This document shows, piece by piece, positions 10,453-19,610 of a stretch of 32,000 nt of DNA. Position 1 is the first letter of the stretch. Every line of letters begins with the position of its first letter. Source of the stretch: Thermococcus kodakarensis KOD1 (GTDB lineage Archaea; Methanobacteriota_B; Thermococci; Thermococcales; Thermococcaceae); assembly GCF_000009965.1 (NCBI RefSeq), contig NC_006624.1:780001-812000 (forward strand), written 5' to 3'. The notes beneath the pieces were generated by a model that was not told where the DNA came from, did not search any database, and worked only from the letters and a program-made list of their open reading frames with translations. The position numbers were made by a program, and so were the translations under genes.

Positions 10453-11059
10453 CCGCCGCTTTCAGCTTCTCTTCAAGCCTTTTGTTCAGCTTGGCCCTCG
10501 TGAGGTCCTCAAGGGTTCTCTCCAGAATGTGCCGCGCCTGATCCTGCTTCGTCCTGATGTTTACGAGGCCTTTGGGGTACTCAAGCGTCATAAGCTCGCC
10601 GTACAGCTCCTCCATGAAGCGGTAAACTTCTTCAGCTTCCTCAACCTTGCCATCGATGAGCAGGAGCAGGAAGTGCCTTCTCAGTTCGCCTACGAAATCT
10701 CCAAGGCCCAGGAGATAGTCAGCCTCTGGAACACCTAGATCCCAGGGGGATGGGAACTCCCTTCCTTCCCTGTAGGCCAGGAGAAGGGTCGCCTCGACGA
10801 ATTCCTGGTGGGCGCTCTGGACGTAGCCGGAGTAGTACAGCATCGGGTAAGGCTTGAGACTCTCCCTGATCATCTCCACGAGCTGCTGGGCACTTTTGAG
10901 CCTCTGCCTTGCAGTCTCAAGGTCGTTTCTGTGGATGGCCTTCACGGCATCGCCGCTCAGCCTGACAACCTCTCGCGTTAGCCTTAGAGCCTCTTCCCTT
11001 GCGGAATCAGCCTCGTCTAAGGTTCTCCTTATGCCATCAATTATCTCTTTCAGCTCCAT
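10439..11059 (-). CDS. Translin-family protein (COG2178-like predicted RNA-binding protein)
   Basis: Helical 206-aa protein: ...[34 protein letters not shown]...[12 protein letters not shown]...[16 protein letters not shown]... Recognised from memory as the archaeal translin-like family. Confidence 0.6.
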   Translation of the reverse strand: MELKEIIDGIRRTLDEADSAREEALRLTREVVRLSGDAVKAIHRNDLETARQRLKSAQQLVEMIRESLKPYPMLYYSGYVQSAHQEFVEATLLLAYREGREFPSPWDLGVPEADYLLGLGDFVGELRRHFLLLLIDGKVEEAEEVYRFMEELYGELMTLEYPKGLVNIRTKQDQARHILERTLEDLTRAKLNKRLEEKLKAAVGDE

Positions 11060-11141
11060 ATGACCACCACTTTGTGTACGCGAAACTCCTTAAAAGTCCA
11101 TTCACAAGCGTTTTATAGTGTTTGATAAACTTTGGCAGGGG

Positions 11142-12470
11142 ATGGGAATGAAGAGAAAGGTCGATGAATTCATGGAAAGGCACGGCCTCGGTGTGGGGGA
11201 CCTCGTCAGGGTCGTCAAGAGGGAAGGAGACGAGAGGATAACCTTCGAGGGCCTTGTTATGCCGCCCTACGAGCTTTCTCCAGGAGAGACACTCACAATT
11301 AAGCTCGACAACGGCTACAACATCGGCATCCTGATAGACGCGATAGAGGGCATCGAAATCCTTGAGAAGGCGAAGGAAGCCCCCAAGATGGAGTTCAGGG
11401 AAGTCCTGCCGAGGAAAGAGGGCCTCCCAAGCGTTACCATTTTAGGAACGGGTGGAACAATAGCAAGCAGGATAGACTACAAGACCGGCGCGGTTCACGC
11501 CGCCTTTACTGCCGAGGAGCTGGCGAAGGCAGTCCCGGAGATCTTCGATATAGCCAACATAACGCCAAAGCTCCTTTTCAATATAATGAGCGAGGACATG
11601 AAGCCCGAGTACTGGAAAAAGATCGCCCACGAGGCCGCGAAGGCTCTCAACTCCGATGAGGACGGAGTCGTCATTGCCCACGGAACGGACACTATGGGCT
11701 ATACTGCAGCTGCACTCAGCTTCATGCTGAGGAACCTCACAAAGCCCGTAGTTCTCGTGGGCTCCCAGAGGAGTTCCGACAGGCCGAGCAGCGATGCGGC
11801 GATGAACCTCATCTGCGCCACGAGGATGGCAGTTAGTGACGCTGCTGAGGTTATGGTGGTCATGCATGGAGAGACCAGCGACACCTACTGCCTCGCCCAC
11901 CGTGGAACCAAGGTCAGGAAGATGCACACGAGCAGGAGAGACACATTCAGGAGTATCAACGACGTTCCTATTGCCAAGGTCTGGCCAGACGGAAAGATCG
12001 AGTACCTAAGGGACGACTACAGGAAGAGGGGCGAGGGTGAGGTAGAGGTTGACGACAAATTCGAGGAGAAGGTCGCGATACTCAAGATCTATCCAGGTGT
12101 AACCAGCGAGCTCCTTGAGTTCCTTGTTGATAGGGGCTACAAGGGAATCGTCATCGAGGGAACGGGCCTCGGCCACACGCCAAACGACATGATACCCGCA
12201 ATTGAGAGGGCCGTTGAGAACGGTGTGGCGGTATGCATGACGAGCCAGTGTCTCTACGGGAGGGTGAACCTCAACGTCTACTCAACTGGAAGGAGGCTCC
12301 TAAAGGCTGGCGTTATTCCATGTGAGGACATGCTCCCTGAGACGGCCTACGTCAAGCTTGGCTGGGTTCTCGGGCATACGGACGATCTCAAAGAAGTTAG
12401 GAGAATGATGCTGACCAACTACGCCGGCGAGATAACGCCCTACACGAGGTTTGACACATTCCTGAGGTGA
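11142..12470 (+). CDS. gatD: Glutamyl-tRNA(Gln) amidotransferase subunit D
   Basis: N-terminal GatD domain plus asparaginase-like domain (ILGTGGTIAS, HGTDTMGYTAAALSF). TATA ttttatag (11111-11118) places the TSS near ATG 11142; ATG 11148 is also possible. The track start at 11118 lies inside the TATA box. Confidence 0.9.
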   Translation: MGMKRKVDEFMERHGLGVGDLVRVVKREGDERITFEGLVMPPYELSPGETLTIKLDNGYNIGILIDAIEGIEILEKAKEAPKMEFREVLPRKEGLPSVTILGTGGTIASRIDYKTGAVHAAFTAEELAKAVPEIFDIANITPKLLFNIMSEDMKPEYWKKIAHEAAKALNSDEDGVVIAHGTDTMGYTAAALSFMLRNLTKPVVLVGSQRSSDRPSSDAAMNLICATRMAVSDAAEVMVVMHGETSDTYCLAHRGTKVRKMHTSRRDTFRSINDVPIAKVWPDGKIEYLRDDYRKRGEGEVEVDDKFEEKVAILKIYPGVTSELLEFLVDRGYKGIVIEGTGLGHTPNDMIPAIERAVENGVAVCMTSQCLYGRVNLNVYSTGRRLLKAGVIPCEDMLPETAYVKLGWVLGHTDDLKEVRRMMLTNYAGEITPYTRFDTFLR

Positions 12471-12676
12471 TGAGATTGGGTATTAAGGCCGTTTACCGGA
12501 ACGGGGTGTTCAAGCCTCTTGAAAAGGTGGAACTACCTGAGGGCATCGAGGTAGAGGTAGTGATAAGAAAAGCCGGCCCGATTTTGAAGAAGTACTCAGG
12601 AGTCCTGAAGAAGAGCGAGTACGACTGGGAGGCAGAGTACTATGAGTACATCGAAGAGAGAGCGCGTGGTGATTGA
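12470..12676 (+). CDS. DUF104-family antitoxin (AF2212-like)
   Basis: MRLGIKAVYRNGVFKPLEKVELPEGIEVEVVI is the DUF104 signature. Start overlaps the gatD stop (gtGATGa). Overlaps the downstream PIN gene. Confidence 0.75.
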   Translation: MRLGIKAVYRNGVFKPLEKVELPEGIEVEVVIRKAGPILKKYSGVLKKSEYDWEAEYYEYIEERARGD

Positions 12677-13115
12677 CAGCAATATCTGGGTGGAAGTCCT
12701 GAGCGGGAACAGCGACGTCATTGAACTTCTTGACAGAGTCAGCGAGGATTTCACCCTATGCATAACGCCAACCATCTATTCAGAGGTCTCTTTCGTGATA
12801 CTCGGTCACTACTTTACATCAAAAACTGGGAAGAAAGGTGTCTACGCCCTGAAAAAAGAGCTGAAAAAGAACCCAGAACTTTATGAGATCGTCGAAAAAT
12901 TTGATGAACTTCTCTATGAGCTTTCAGAAGCTGGCCTACTTGAATTCCTGGGGGAGAATGAAGAAGTCATCAGAAGGAGCAGAAAGCTCAGAAGGGAGTA
13001 CAGGCTCCTACCTAACGATGCTATGATTCTTGCTGTCTGTGATGTTTATGGAATATCCAAAATTGTGACCCTTGATGATGACTTTTTGAGAACTCACCTG
13101 GAGGTGTTGAGATGA
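12642..13115 (+). CDS. vapC: PIN-domain ribonuclease toxin (VapC-like)
   Basis: Acidic PIN residues in [30 protein letters not shown]. In-frame GTGs at 12666/12669 are alternative starts. Stop overlaps the gatE ATG (ATGA at 13112-13115), and the gatE RBS ggaggtg lies inside this ORF. Confidence 0.8.
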
Positions 13116-15001
13116 CAGACAAGTTCAACTACGAGGAGCTCGGCCTCAAGGTCGGTCTTGAGATACACAGGCAGCTCGACACCAAGAAGTTATTCTCCCC
13201 TGTCCCGAGCGAGCTCAGCGACGAGGTTGACTTCACCTTTGAAAGAAGATTGAGGCCCACGATGAGCGAGCTGGGGGAGATTGACCCTGCTGCTCTGGAA
13301 GAGTTCAAGAAGGGCAGGAAGTACATCTACGAGGGCAACTACAGGCTTACCGACCTCGTTTACATGGACGAGGAGCCGCCGAGGGGGCCCGACAGGGAGG
13401 CCCTTGAGGTTGCACTCCAGATAGGCTACCTCCTCAACGCCAAGCCAGTTGATGAGGTTCACTTCATGAGGAAGATCGTCATAGACGGTTCCAACGTCTC
13501 CGGCTTCCAGAGGACGGCGATAGTTGCCGTGAACGGGAAGGTAGATACCCCCTGGGGGAGCGTTGGAATCCCAACAGTCTGCCTTGAGGAGGATGCCTGC
13601 CGTATCGTCGAGAGGAAGGAGAAGGAGGTAATCTACCGCATAGATCGCCTTGGAATCCCGCTGGTCGAGATAAGCACAACCCCGGACATACACCACCCTG
13701 AGCAGGCTAAGGTCGTAGCCAAGTATATAGGAGACGCCCTAAGGGCCACGAGAAAGGTCAAGCGCGGTCTCGGAACCATCAGGCAGGACCTCAACGTCTC
13801 GATCAGGGGCGGAGCGAGAGTCGAGATAAAGGGTGTCCAGGAGCTTGACATGATACCACTCATCATAGAGAGGGAAGTCGAGAGGCAGCTGAACCTGCTC
13901 AGGATAAGGGACGAGCTGAAGAGGAGGGGTGTTAAGCCTGAGGACATCAAGGAGGAGTTCTACGACGTGACGGAGATCTTCCAGAACACCGGCTCGAAGA
14001 TAATCGCGAGGGCAATTAAGAGCGGCGGGAAAGTCTTAGCTGTAAAGCTCCCCAAGTTCCGCGGGTTAATCGGGAAAGAGATTCAGCCTGGAAGAAGGCT
14101 CGGAACGGAGATGGCCGACAGGGCCAAGAAGTACGTGAGGGGCATCTTCCACATCGATGAATTACCTAATTATGGAATTACAGAATTAGAGGTTAATGCG
14201 GTTATTGAAAAACTTGGTCTCGGAGAGGAGGACGCGTTCGTTCTCGTCGCGGCCGAGGAAGAGACAGCCAAGAACGCGCTCCGCGAAGTCATCAAGAGGG
14301 CGAGGGAAGCCATCGAAGGCGTTCCTGAGGAGACGAGAAGGGCCTTACCAGACGGCAATACACAATATATGCGCCCGCTTCCAGGAAAGGCCAGAATGTA
14401 CCCAGAAACTGACATACCCTCTATATTCCTGCCGCCGGAGGAGAAAGAGAGAATAAGGGCCAACCTGCCCGAGCTCCCGCAGGAGAGGGTAGAGCGCTAC
14501 GTCAAGGAGTACAAGATAGACAGGAGCTTAGCCGAGACCCTTGTAAACGACGAAAGGGATGAGCTCTTCGAGGAGCTGGTGGAGAAGGGAGTTAAACCCT
14601 CCCTGGCGGCTTCAATACTCGTCGTCGTCCTTAAGGGCCTCAAGAAGGAAGTCCCGGTCGAAAACATTACCGACGGGCACATCATGGAAGCCTTCCAGCT
14701 CTACCTCGAAGGGAAGATAGCGAAGGAGGCCTTTGAGGAGATATTCAAGGAGCTGGCACTCCACCCGGAGAAGACTGCAAAGCAGGTGGCTGAAGAGAAG
14801 GGACTGACGCTCCTCAGCGAGGAAGAGGTCGAGAAAATCATTGATGAGGTTATCCAGCAGAACATCGAGGTGATCAAGGCCAAGGGCATGGGGGCAATGG
14901 GCATGATAATGGGAAGGGCAATGGCGAAGCTCCGCGGAAGGGCCGATGGAAAGCTTGTCAGCTCCCTCGTCAGAAAGAAAATCCAGGAAATAGCGGGCTG
15001 A
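13112..15001 (+). CDS. gatE: Glutamyl-tRNA(Gln) amidotransferase subunit E
   Basis: 629 aa. GatB/E core ([32 protein letters not shown]) and C-terminal YqeY-like tail. Confidence 0.92.
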
Positions 15002-15026
15002 GGTTTTTAAGTCCTTTTTCTCCTAT
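15002..15026 (+). terminator. T-rich tracts after gatE (possible terminator, overlapping the next gene's TATA)
   Basis: ggtttttaagtcctttttctcc. tttttaag may also serve as the TATA box for the 15039 gene. Confidence 0.3.
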
Positions 15027-15038
15027 CCTCTTTTGTGA

Positions 15039-15545
15039 GTGAAAATGAAAGCCAGATTCATTGTCTTTTACTGCATAACGGACGACCAGCCACGAGGTCT
15101 CGACATAAAGGGCTACCTCAAACTTTTCGAGCCTGATACCCAGACCCTCACTGATGCTCTCCTTCAGGTCGCTCAGACTTCAGAGGTAATAACCGTTCTG
15201 AAGGCTAATTCAGGCGATTATTCAGTTGTTTACGTGGTTCCTGGTAAGACCGATGGACTCCCGTGCAGAGAAGCCTACGAGTTCCTGGTTCAGAGAGAGA
15301 AAGGTCTGGGAAAGGTCGCTGAAGATATAGTTGGCGGGGATTCAAGAAAATCTGTCCTGGGAGGTGCTTTGGTTCTGGTGGGAATAGCCGTTCTGTTCTA
15401 CGTCGGCTACTACTATCACGCACTCTCCGAGATAAACAACCTGCTCCTCTTCATCGGCGTTTTCCTCAGCGTTTTTGGTGGTATCTTGAAGGGATACCAG
15501 AAGAAGAGGGTCAGAGCATCGGCTCCTCGTCACAGATCGGAGTGA
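15039..15545 (+). CDS. Small membrane protein, soluble N-domain plus C-terminal 2-TM hairpin, unknown function (paralog A)
   Basis: GTG 15039 or ATG 15045. About 105-aa soluble domain containing LFEPDTQTL, then VLGGALVLVGIAVLFYVGYYY and LLLFIGVFLSVFGGIL, with a basic tail. Confidence 0.55.
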   Translation: MKMKARFIVFYCITDDQPRGLDIKGYLKLFEPDTQTLTDALLQVAQTSEVITVLKANSGDYSVVYVVPGKTDGLPCREAYEFLVQREKGLGKVAEDIVGGDSRKSVLGGALVLVGIAVLFYVGYYYHALSEINNLLLFIGVFLSVFGGILKGYQKKRVRASAPRHRSE

Positions 15546-15566
15546 GGGAAACTGCTCATCATCCCC
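15507..15566 (-). ncRNA. Candidate box C/D sRNA (2'-O-methylation guide)
   Basis: Minus strand reads GGGG-AUGAUGA(C)-GCAGUUUCCCUCACU-CCGA(D'-like)-UCUG-UGACGA(C'-like)-GGAGCCGAUGCU(12 nt)-CUGA(D)-CCCU. Terminal GGGG/CCCU pairing, about 60 nt. The TATA-like cctaaaaact (15586-15595, minus strand) is centred about 26 nt upstream of the 5' end. Confidence 0.45.
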
Positions 15567-15710
15567 GTTTAAGCCTCCACTGAGAAGTTTTTAGGTTTAG
15601 CTTTTTCATCTGGAACACAACGCTTTTAAAATCCAGAGTAGTATTCGACTTGATGGAGTCAGAGAAAAAAATCTCGTATAGGCCTTCCCCGGTGGAAGCC
15701 CAAAAAATAC

Positions 15711-16226
15711 GTGATGTACGCGCAGATTAGGTGTAATGTTCTTTCAACCTGTGCCTCAGAGCTTGAGGCGATTTTCAAAACGGCTGGAGTTGAGTTCGTG
15801 GGGCTCCTTGAACCCGACCCCGAAACTCTCGCCTCCTATTCGGACAGGCTCTACTCGGGAAAAACAATTGAAATAATCGAACTAATCGATGGACTGAGCA
15901 GGATGTTTTACCTGGCCTCCCTCCAGACCCCGATTAAGCCCGGTGGGGAACTTGAACCTGAGTTTACCCTCTTCTTCAATGTGAATAGCAGGGAAGCCCT
16001 TCAAGTCCTTCTCAGGGTGATCGGGAAGAAGAGAATCCGCGGAAAGAGATACAGACATCGTTCTGGGATAAACTTCGCAATAAGCTTCCTGGGCAGTCTC
16101 CTTTTTTCATCCCTCCTTAACACTAAGAACTACTTTCTCCAGTCCATCCTCCTTCTTGCTCTCACTCTTCTGATATATCTTGCAATTGACTACCCCCTTC
16201 GCGCTCCTCTACTTCAGAGGCATTGA
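15711..16226 (+). CDS. Small membrane protein, soluble N-domain plus C-terminal 2-TM hairpin, unknown function (paralog B)
   Basis: Same architecture and size as the preceding gene. Shares the LLEPDPETL motif at the same position, followed by a basic linker KKRIRGKRYRHR and two TM segments. Confidence 0.5.
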   Translation: MMYAQIRCNVLSTCASELEAIFKTAGVEFVGLLEPDPETLASYSDRLYSGKTIEIIELIDGLSRMFYLASLQTPIKPGGELEPEFTLFFNVNSREALQVLLRVIGKKRIRGKRYRHRSGINFAISFLGSLLFSSLLNTKNYFLQSILLLALTLLIYLAIDYPLRAPLLQRH

Positions 16227-16310
16227 GGTACTCTCCCACGATCCCTTTGAAAAGAAGAGCGTTAAAATAGTTAAAATTGTGAGGGCAAAGACAAACCAAG
16301 AAGAGAAAAC

Positions 16311-17537
16311 CTAACGTCCAAGCTCCTTATGGGCCTTTGCTAGGTGCTTCGCCGCTATCGCCGCCAGCAGGGAAAGCTCGCCAGCGAGAACTGCTCCAGC
16401 GACTATCTCCGCGAACTTCTTGGCGTTCGTTCCCGGTGGGTCTCCACCTCCGGCAACGCCCATAATCGAGAGAGCCTCCCTCTGCGTGGGGACTCTTGTA
16501 CCTCCGCCAACTGTCCCAATCTCAAGGCTCGGCATGGTGATGCTGATGTAGAGGTCGCCCTCTGGCGTTACTTCGGCGAGAGTTATGCCGTGTGATCCTT
16601 CTGTTATCTGGGCCTCGTCCTGCCCGGTAGCAAGGAATATCGCGCCGACGATGTTTCCGAAGTGGGCGTTGAAACCGTACGAGCCGGCCTGCGCTGAACC
16701 AACGAGGTTCTTGCGGTAGTTCACCTCGGCTATGAGTTCAGGCGTTGTCTTCAGCTTCTCCTCGACGATCTTCCGAGGAATCACGGCCTCGGCAATGACG
16801 GTCTTGCCCCTCCCGTTGATGAAGTTCATCGCGTTGGGCTTCTTGTCAACGCAGAGGTTGCCGGAGAGTGCAAGATACTTCACGTCGGGGAATTCCTCCT
16901 CGATGACCTTCATTATCTCCTCGCTCGCTATCGTGACCATGTTCATTCCCATTGCATCGCCGGTCTCGAACTCAAAGCGTAAATAGAGGTTGTTGCCCAC
17001 GATGAATGGCCTAACACCCCTCAGCTTCCCGTGCCTGGTGACCTTTGAGACCGCCTTCTCCTGGAGGTAGTCAAGGTTGTTCTTCACCCACTCAGCAACT
17101 TCTCTAGCCCTCCTCGCGTCGGGACACTTGAGGAGTGGCGCGCGCGTCATCTTGTCGTCTATTAGGGTTGTCTTAACGCCTCCCGCAGCGGTCAAGGCAG
17201 AACAGCCGCGGTTCACGCTCGCAACGAGTGCGCCCTCAGTTGTGGCGAGAGGAATGTAAAACTCTCCTTTCGCGTACTCGCCGTTGATTTTAAGCGGCCC
17301 AGCAACGCCCATGGGTATCTGGACGACGCCGATCATGTTCTCAATGTTCTTTCCTATGACCTGGTTGGGATCTATTGAGTAGTGCCCGATGTTCTCAAGC
17401 TTTATTCCGAGCTTTTTCTCAAGGGCTTTTCTTCTTATTTCAGTCGCGAGCTTTTTATCGCCGTTCGTGTACTTCTCGACCTGGTGGAGCTTAATTTCAC
17501 CGCTTGCTACCTTCTCAACAAGCTCTTCAAAGTTCAT
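16311..17537 (-). CDS. hmgA: 3-hydroxy-3-methylglutaryl-CoA reductase, class I
   Basis: EN(M)IG..., TTEGALVAS, DAMGMNMV, GTVGGGT motifs. 408 aa. RBS gggggtg lies in the 15-bp gap after the minD-like stop. Confidence 0.92.
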   Translation of the reverse strand: MNFEELVEKVASGEIKLHQVEKYTNGDKKLATEIRRKALEKKLGIKLENIGHYSIDPNQVIGKNIENMIGVVQIPMGVAGPLKINGEYAKGEFYIPLATTEGALVASVNRGCSALTAAGGVKTTLIDDKMTRAPLLKCPDARRAREVAEWVKNNLDYLQEKAVSKVTRHGKLRGVRPFIVGNNLYLRFEFETGDAMGMNMVTIASEEIMKVIEEEFPDVKYLALSGNLCVDKKPNAMNFINGRGKTVIAEAVIPRKIVEEKLKTTPELIAEVNYRKNLVGSAQAGSYGFNAHFGNIVGAIFLATGQDEAQITEGSHGITLAEVTPEGDLYISITMPSLEIGTVGGGTRVPTQREALSIMGVAGGGDPPGTNAKKFAEIVAGAVLAGELSLLAAIAAKHLAKAHKELGR

Positions 17538-17552
17538 TTCAACACCCCCAAG

Positions 17553-18299
17553 TTATTCGCCAAAAATCCATTCCTCAAGAACATCACCAATCTCCCTAAA
17601 GGCTATTGCCGCATCACTGTTTGGCATGTATTTAACTATCGGAATACCAGCGTTTACAGATGCGGGAACATTGGGATCAAAAGGTACCCACCCCAACACG
17701 GGAACATCGAGGTCAGTTTCAATGGCGTTTATAATCTCATCGACCACATCCTCACTTTCACGGACTTTGTTGAGAACTACCCCAATGTTGAGGTTGTACC
17801 TCTCTCCCAACGCCTTGAGCTTTTCAATCTCATTTTTGACCATGACTTCGAAGGAGTATATCGGAGAACGCTCTATTTCCACCACTATGATCTGGTAATT
17901 GGCCAGCTGAAAAGTCGGGAGCGTATCAAAGGGCACCCCCGTTGGGGAGTCCACGAAGACCACTCCAAACTTGTAACGGACTTTGTCTATAACATCCACG
18001 AGCTTCCTTGGAGATATTCCCAAAACATCCTGAAGCTGGGTGCTTCCGGGCATTACATATACGCCGGTCTCTCTGTGCTTGTATATTGCCCATTCCGGGT
18101 CTATATCAGGATTCTTCATAAGGGTGTGCACGGAGTACTTCACAGCATCCAGGCCAAAATGGAAACCCAAGTTTGGTAAATAAAGGTCTCCGTCAATCGC
18201 CAGAACACGGTACTCTTTCATGGCGAGGTGTGAACTTAGGTTTGCCGTTGTCGTTGTTTTTCCAGCCCCACCTCGTCCTGTCACGACGATCACTGCCAT
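17553..18299 (-). CDS. minD: MinD/ParA-family P-loop ATPase (archaeal MinD-like)
   Basis: Deviant Walker A VTGRGGAGKTTTTANL, then AIDGDL..., VVFVDSPTG. Start placed at ATG 18299 (MAVIVV...) because the TATA at about 18335-18343 predicts a TSS downstream of ATG 18317. Confidence 0.8.
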   Translation of the reverse strand: MAVIVVTGRGGAGKTTTTANLSSHLAMKEYRVLAIDGDLYLPNLGFHFGLDAVKYSVHTLMKNPDIDPEWAIYKHRETGVYVMPGSTQLQDVLGISPRKLVDVIDKVRYKFGVVFVDSPTGVPFDTLPTFQLANYQIIVVEIERSPIYSFEVMVKNEIEKLKALGERYNLNIGVVLNKVRESEDVVDEIINAIETDLDVPVLGWVPFDPNVPASVNAGIPIVKYMPNSDAAIAFREIGDVLEEWIFGE

Positions 18300-18334
18300 C
18301 TCTATCCCTCTAGCCATTAGTGTGCAGTTTGGGG

Positions 18335-18436
18335 GATATAAGGTTTCCGATTTTCTCTCTGGATAATCCTCGGAATTTTACACACATATGTCCCCTGAAG
18401 AATAACCTTGAACGCATGAACACAAAAGGTTTATAT
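18335..18436. promoter_or_regulatory. Divergent promoter pair for the minD-like gene and tdh
   Basis: The inverted copies gggGATATAAgg (18332-18343) and aaaggTTTATATCCC (18425-18439) give each divergent gene a TTATATCCC-type TATA element about 25-45 nt before its start. Confidence 0.45.
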
Positions 18437-18482
18437 CCCAAGCTGTTTAGACTGTGATTGTAAGGTTAAGGAGATGATCACT

Positions 18483-19535
18483 ATGGCCGAGAAAATGCAG
18501 GCTATTATGAAGACTAAGCCGGCGTACGGCGCCGAACTTGTAGAAGTTGACGTTCCAAAGCCTGGGCCAGGAGAAGTCCTCATTAAGGTTCTCGCAACGA
18601 GCATCTGCGGTACAGACCTCCATATCTACGAGTGGAACGAATGGGCGCAGAGCAGGATAAAGCCGCCCCAGATAATGGGCCACGAAGTGGCTGGAGAGGT
18701 CGTCGAGGTCGGTCCCGGCGTTGAGGATCTCCAGGTTGGAGATTACATCAGCGTTGAAACTCATATCGTCTGTGGCAAGTGCTACGCGTGCAAGCACAAC
18801 CGCTATCACGTCTGCCAGAACACCAAGATATTCGGAGTTGATATGGACGGTGTCTTCGCCCACTACGCGATAGTTCCGGCCAAGAACGCCTGGAAGAACC
18901 CGAAGGACATGCCGCCAGAGTACGCAGCCCTTCAGGAGCCGCTCGGAAACGCCGTCGATACCGTTCTTGCAGGCCCGATTGCTGGGAGGAGCACCCTCAT
19001 AACCGGTGCTGGACCGCTCGGTCTTCTCGGCATAGCAGTTGCCAAGGCAAGCGGGGCTTATCCAGTCATCGTTAGCGAGCCGAGTGAGTTCAGAAGGAAG
19101 CTCGCCAAGAAGGTCGGTGCTGACTACGTCGTTAACCCCTTCGAGGAAGACCCAGTCAAGTTCGTTATGGACATAACCGACGGAGCGGGCGTTGAAGTTT
19201 TCCTTGAGTTCAGTGGTGCACCTAAAGCCCTTGAGCAGGGCCTCAAGGCAGTAACACCCGGAGGACGCGTCTCACTTCTCGGCCTCTTCCCGAGAGAGGT
19301 CACGATAGACTTCAACAACCTCATAATCTTCAAGGCCCTTGAAGTCCACGGCATAACCGGAAGGCACCTCTGGGAAACCTGGTACACCGTCTCAAGCCTC
19401 ATCCAGAGCGGCAAGCTGAACCTCGATCCGATAATCACCCACAAGTACAAGGGCTTCGACAAGTTCGAGGAAGCCTTTGAGCTTATGCGCGCTGGAAAGA
19501 CCGGAAAGGTCGTCTTCTTCCCTCACAAGGGATGA
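18483..19535 (+). CDS. tdh: L-threonine 3-dehydrogenase (Zn-dependent MDR family)
   Basis: [59 protein letters not shown]...[12 protein letters not shown]...CGKCYACK closely matches my recollection of Pyrococcus/Thermococcus TDH. RBS ggag lies 10 nt before ATG 18483. Confidence 0.9.
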   Translation: MAEKMQAIMKTKPAYGAELVEVDVPKPGPGEVLIKVLATSICGTDLHIYEWNEWAQSRIKPPQIMGHEVAGEVVEVGPGVEDLQVGDYISVETHIVCGKCYACKHNRYHVCQNTKIFGVDMDGVFAHYAIVPAKNAWKNPKDMPPEYAALQEPLGNAVDTVLAGPIAGRSTLITGAGPLGLLGIAVAKASGAYPVIVSEPSEFRRKLAKKVGADYVVNPFEEDPVKFVMDITDGAGVEVFLEFSGAPKALEQGLKAVTPGGRVSLLGLFPREVTIDFNNLIIFKALEVHGITGRHLWETWYTVSSLIQSGKLNLDPIITHKYKGFDKFEEAFELMRAGKTGKVVFFPHKG

Positions 19536-19610
19536 GTGGCTTGATATTCTTCTTTCCAATTTTTCAGAAAGGGTTTAAATACTGAGATACCAACTTCCCA
19601 CGGTGAGAGT

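Noticed and set aside
12467-12538. GTGATGA ... CTGA spacing resembling a C/D-box sRNA at the gatD/antitoxin junction
   Set aside because: No C'/D' boxes at the proper spacing and no terminal stem. It lies entirely in coding sequence, and the GTGATGA is explained by overlapping stop and start codons.
13860-13866. ATGATGA on the minus strand inside gatE; similar C-box-like heptamers at 9863-9869, 21449-21455, 13075-13081 and 29694-29700
   Set aside because: None has a matching D box with a 12-nt guide spacing, a C'/D' pair or terminal complementarity. These are chance occurrences in coding sequence.
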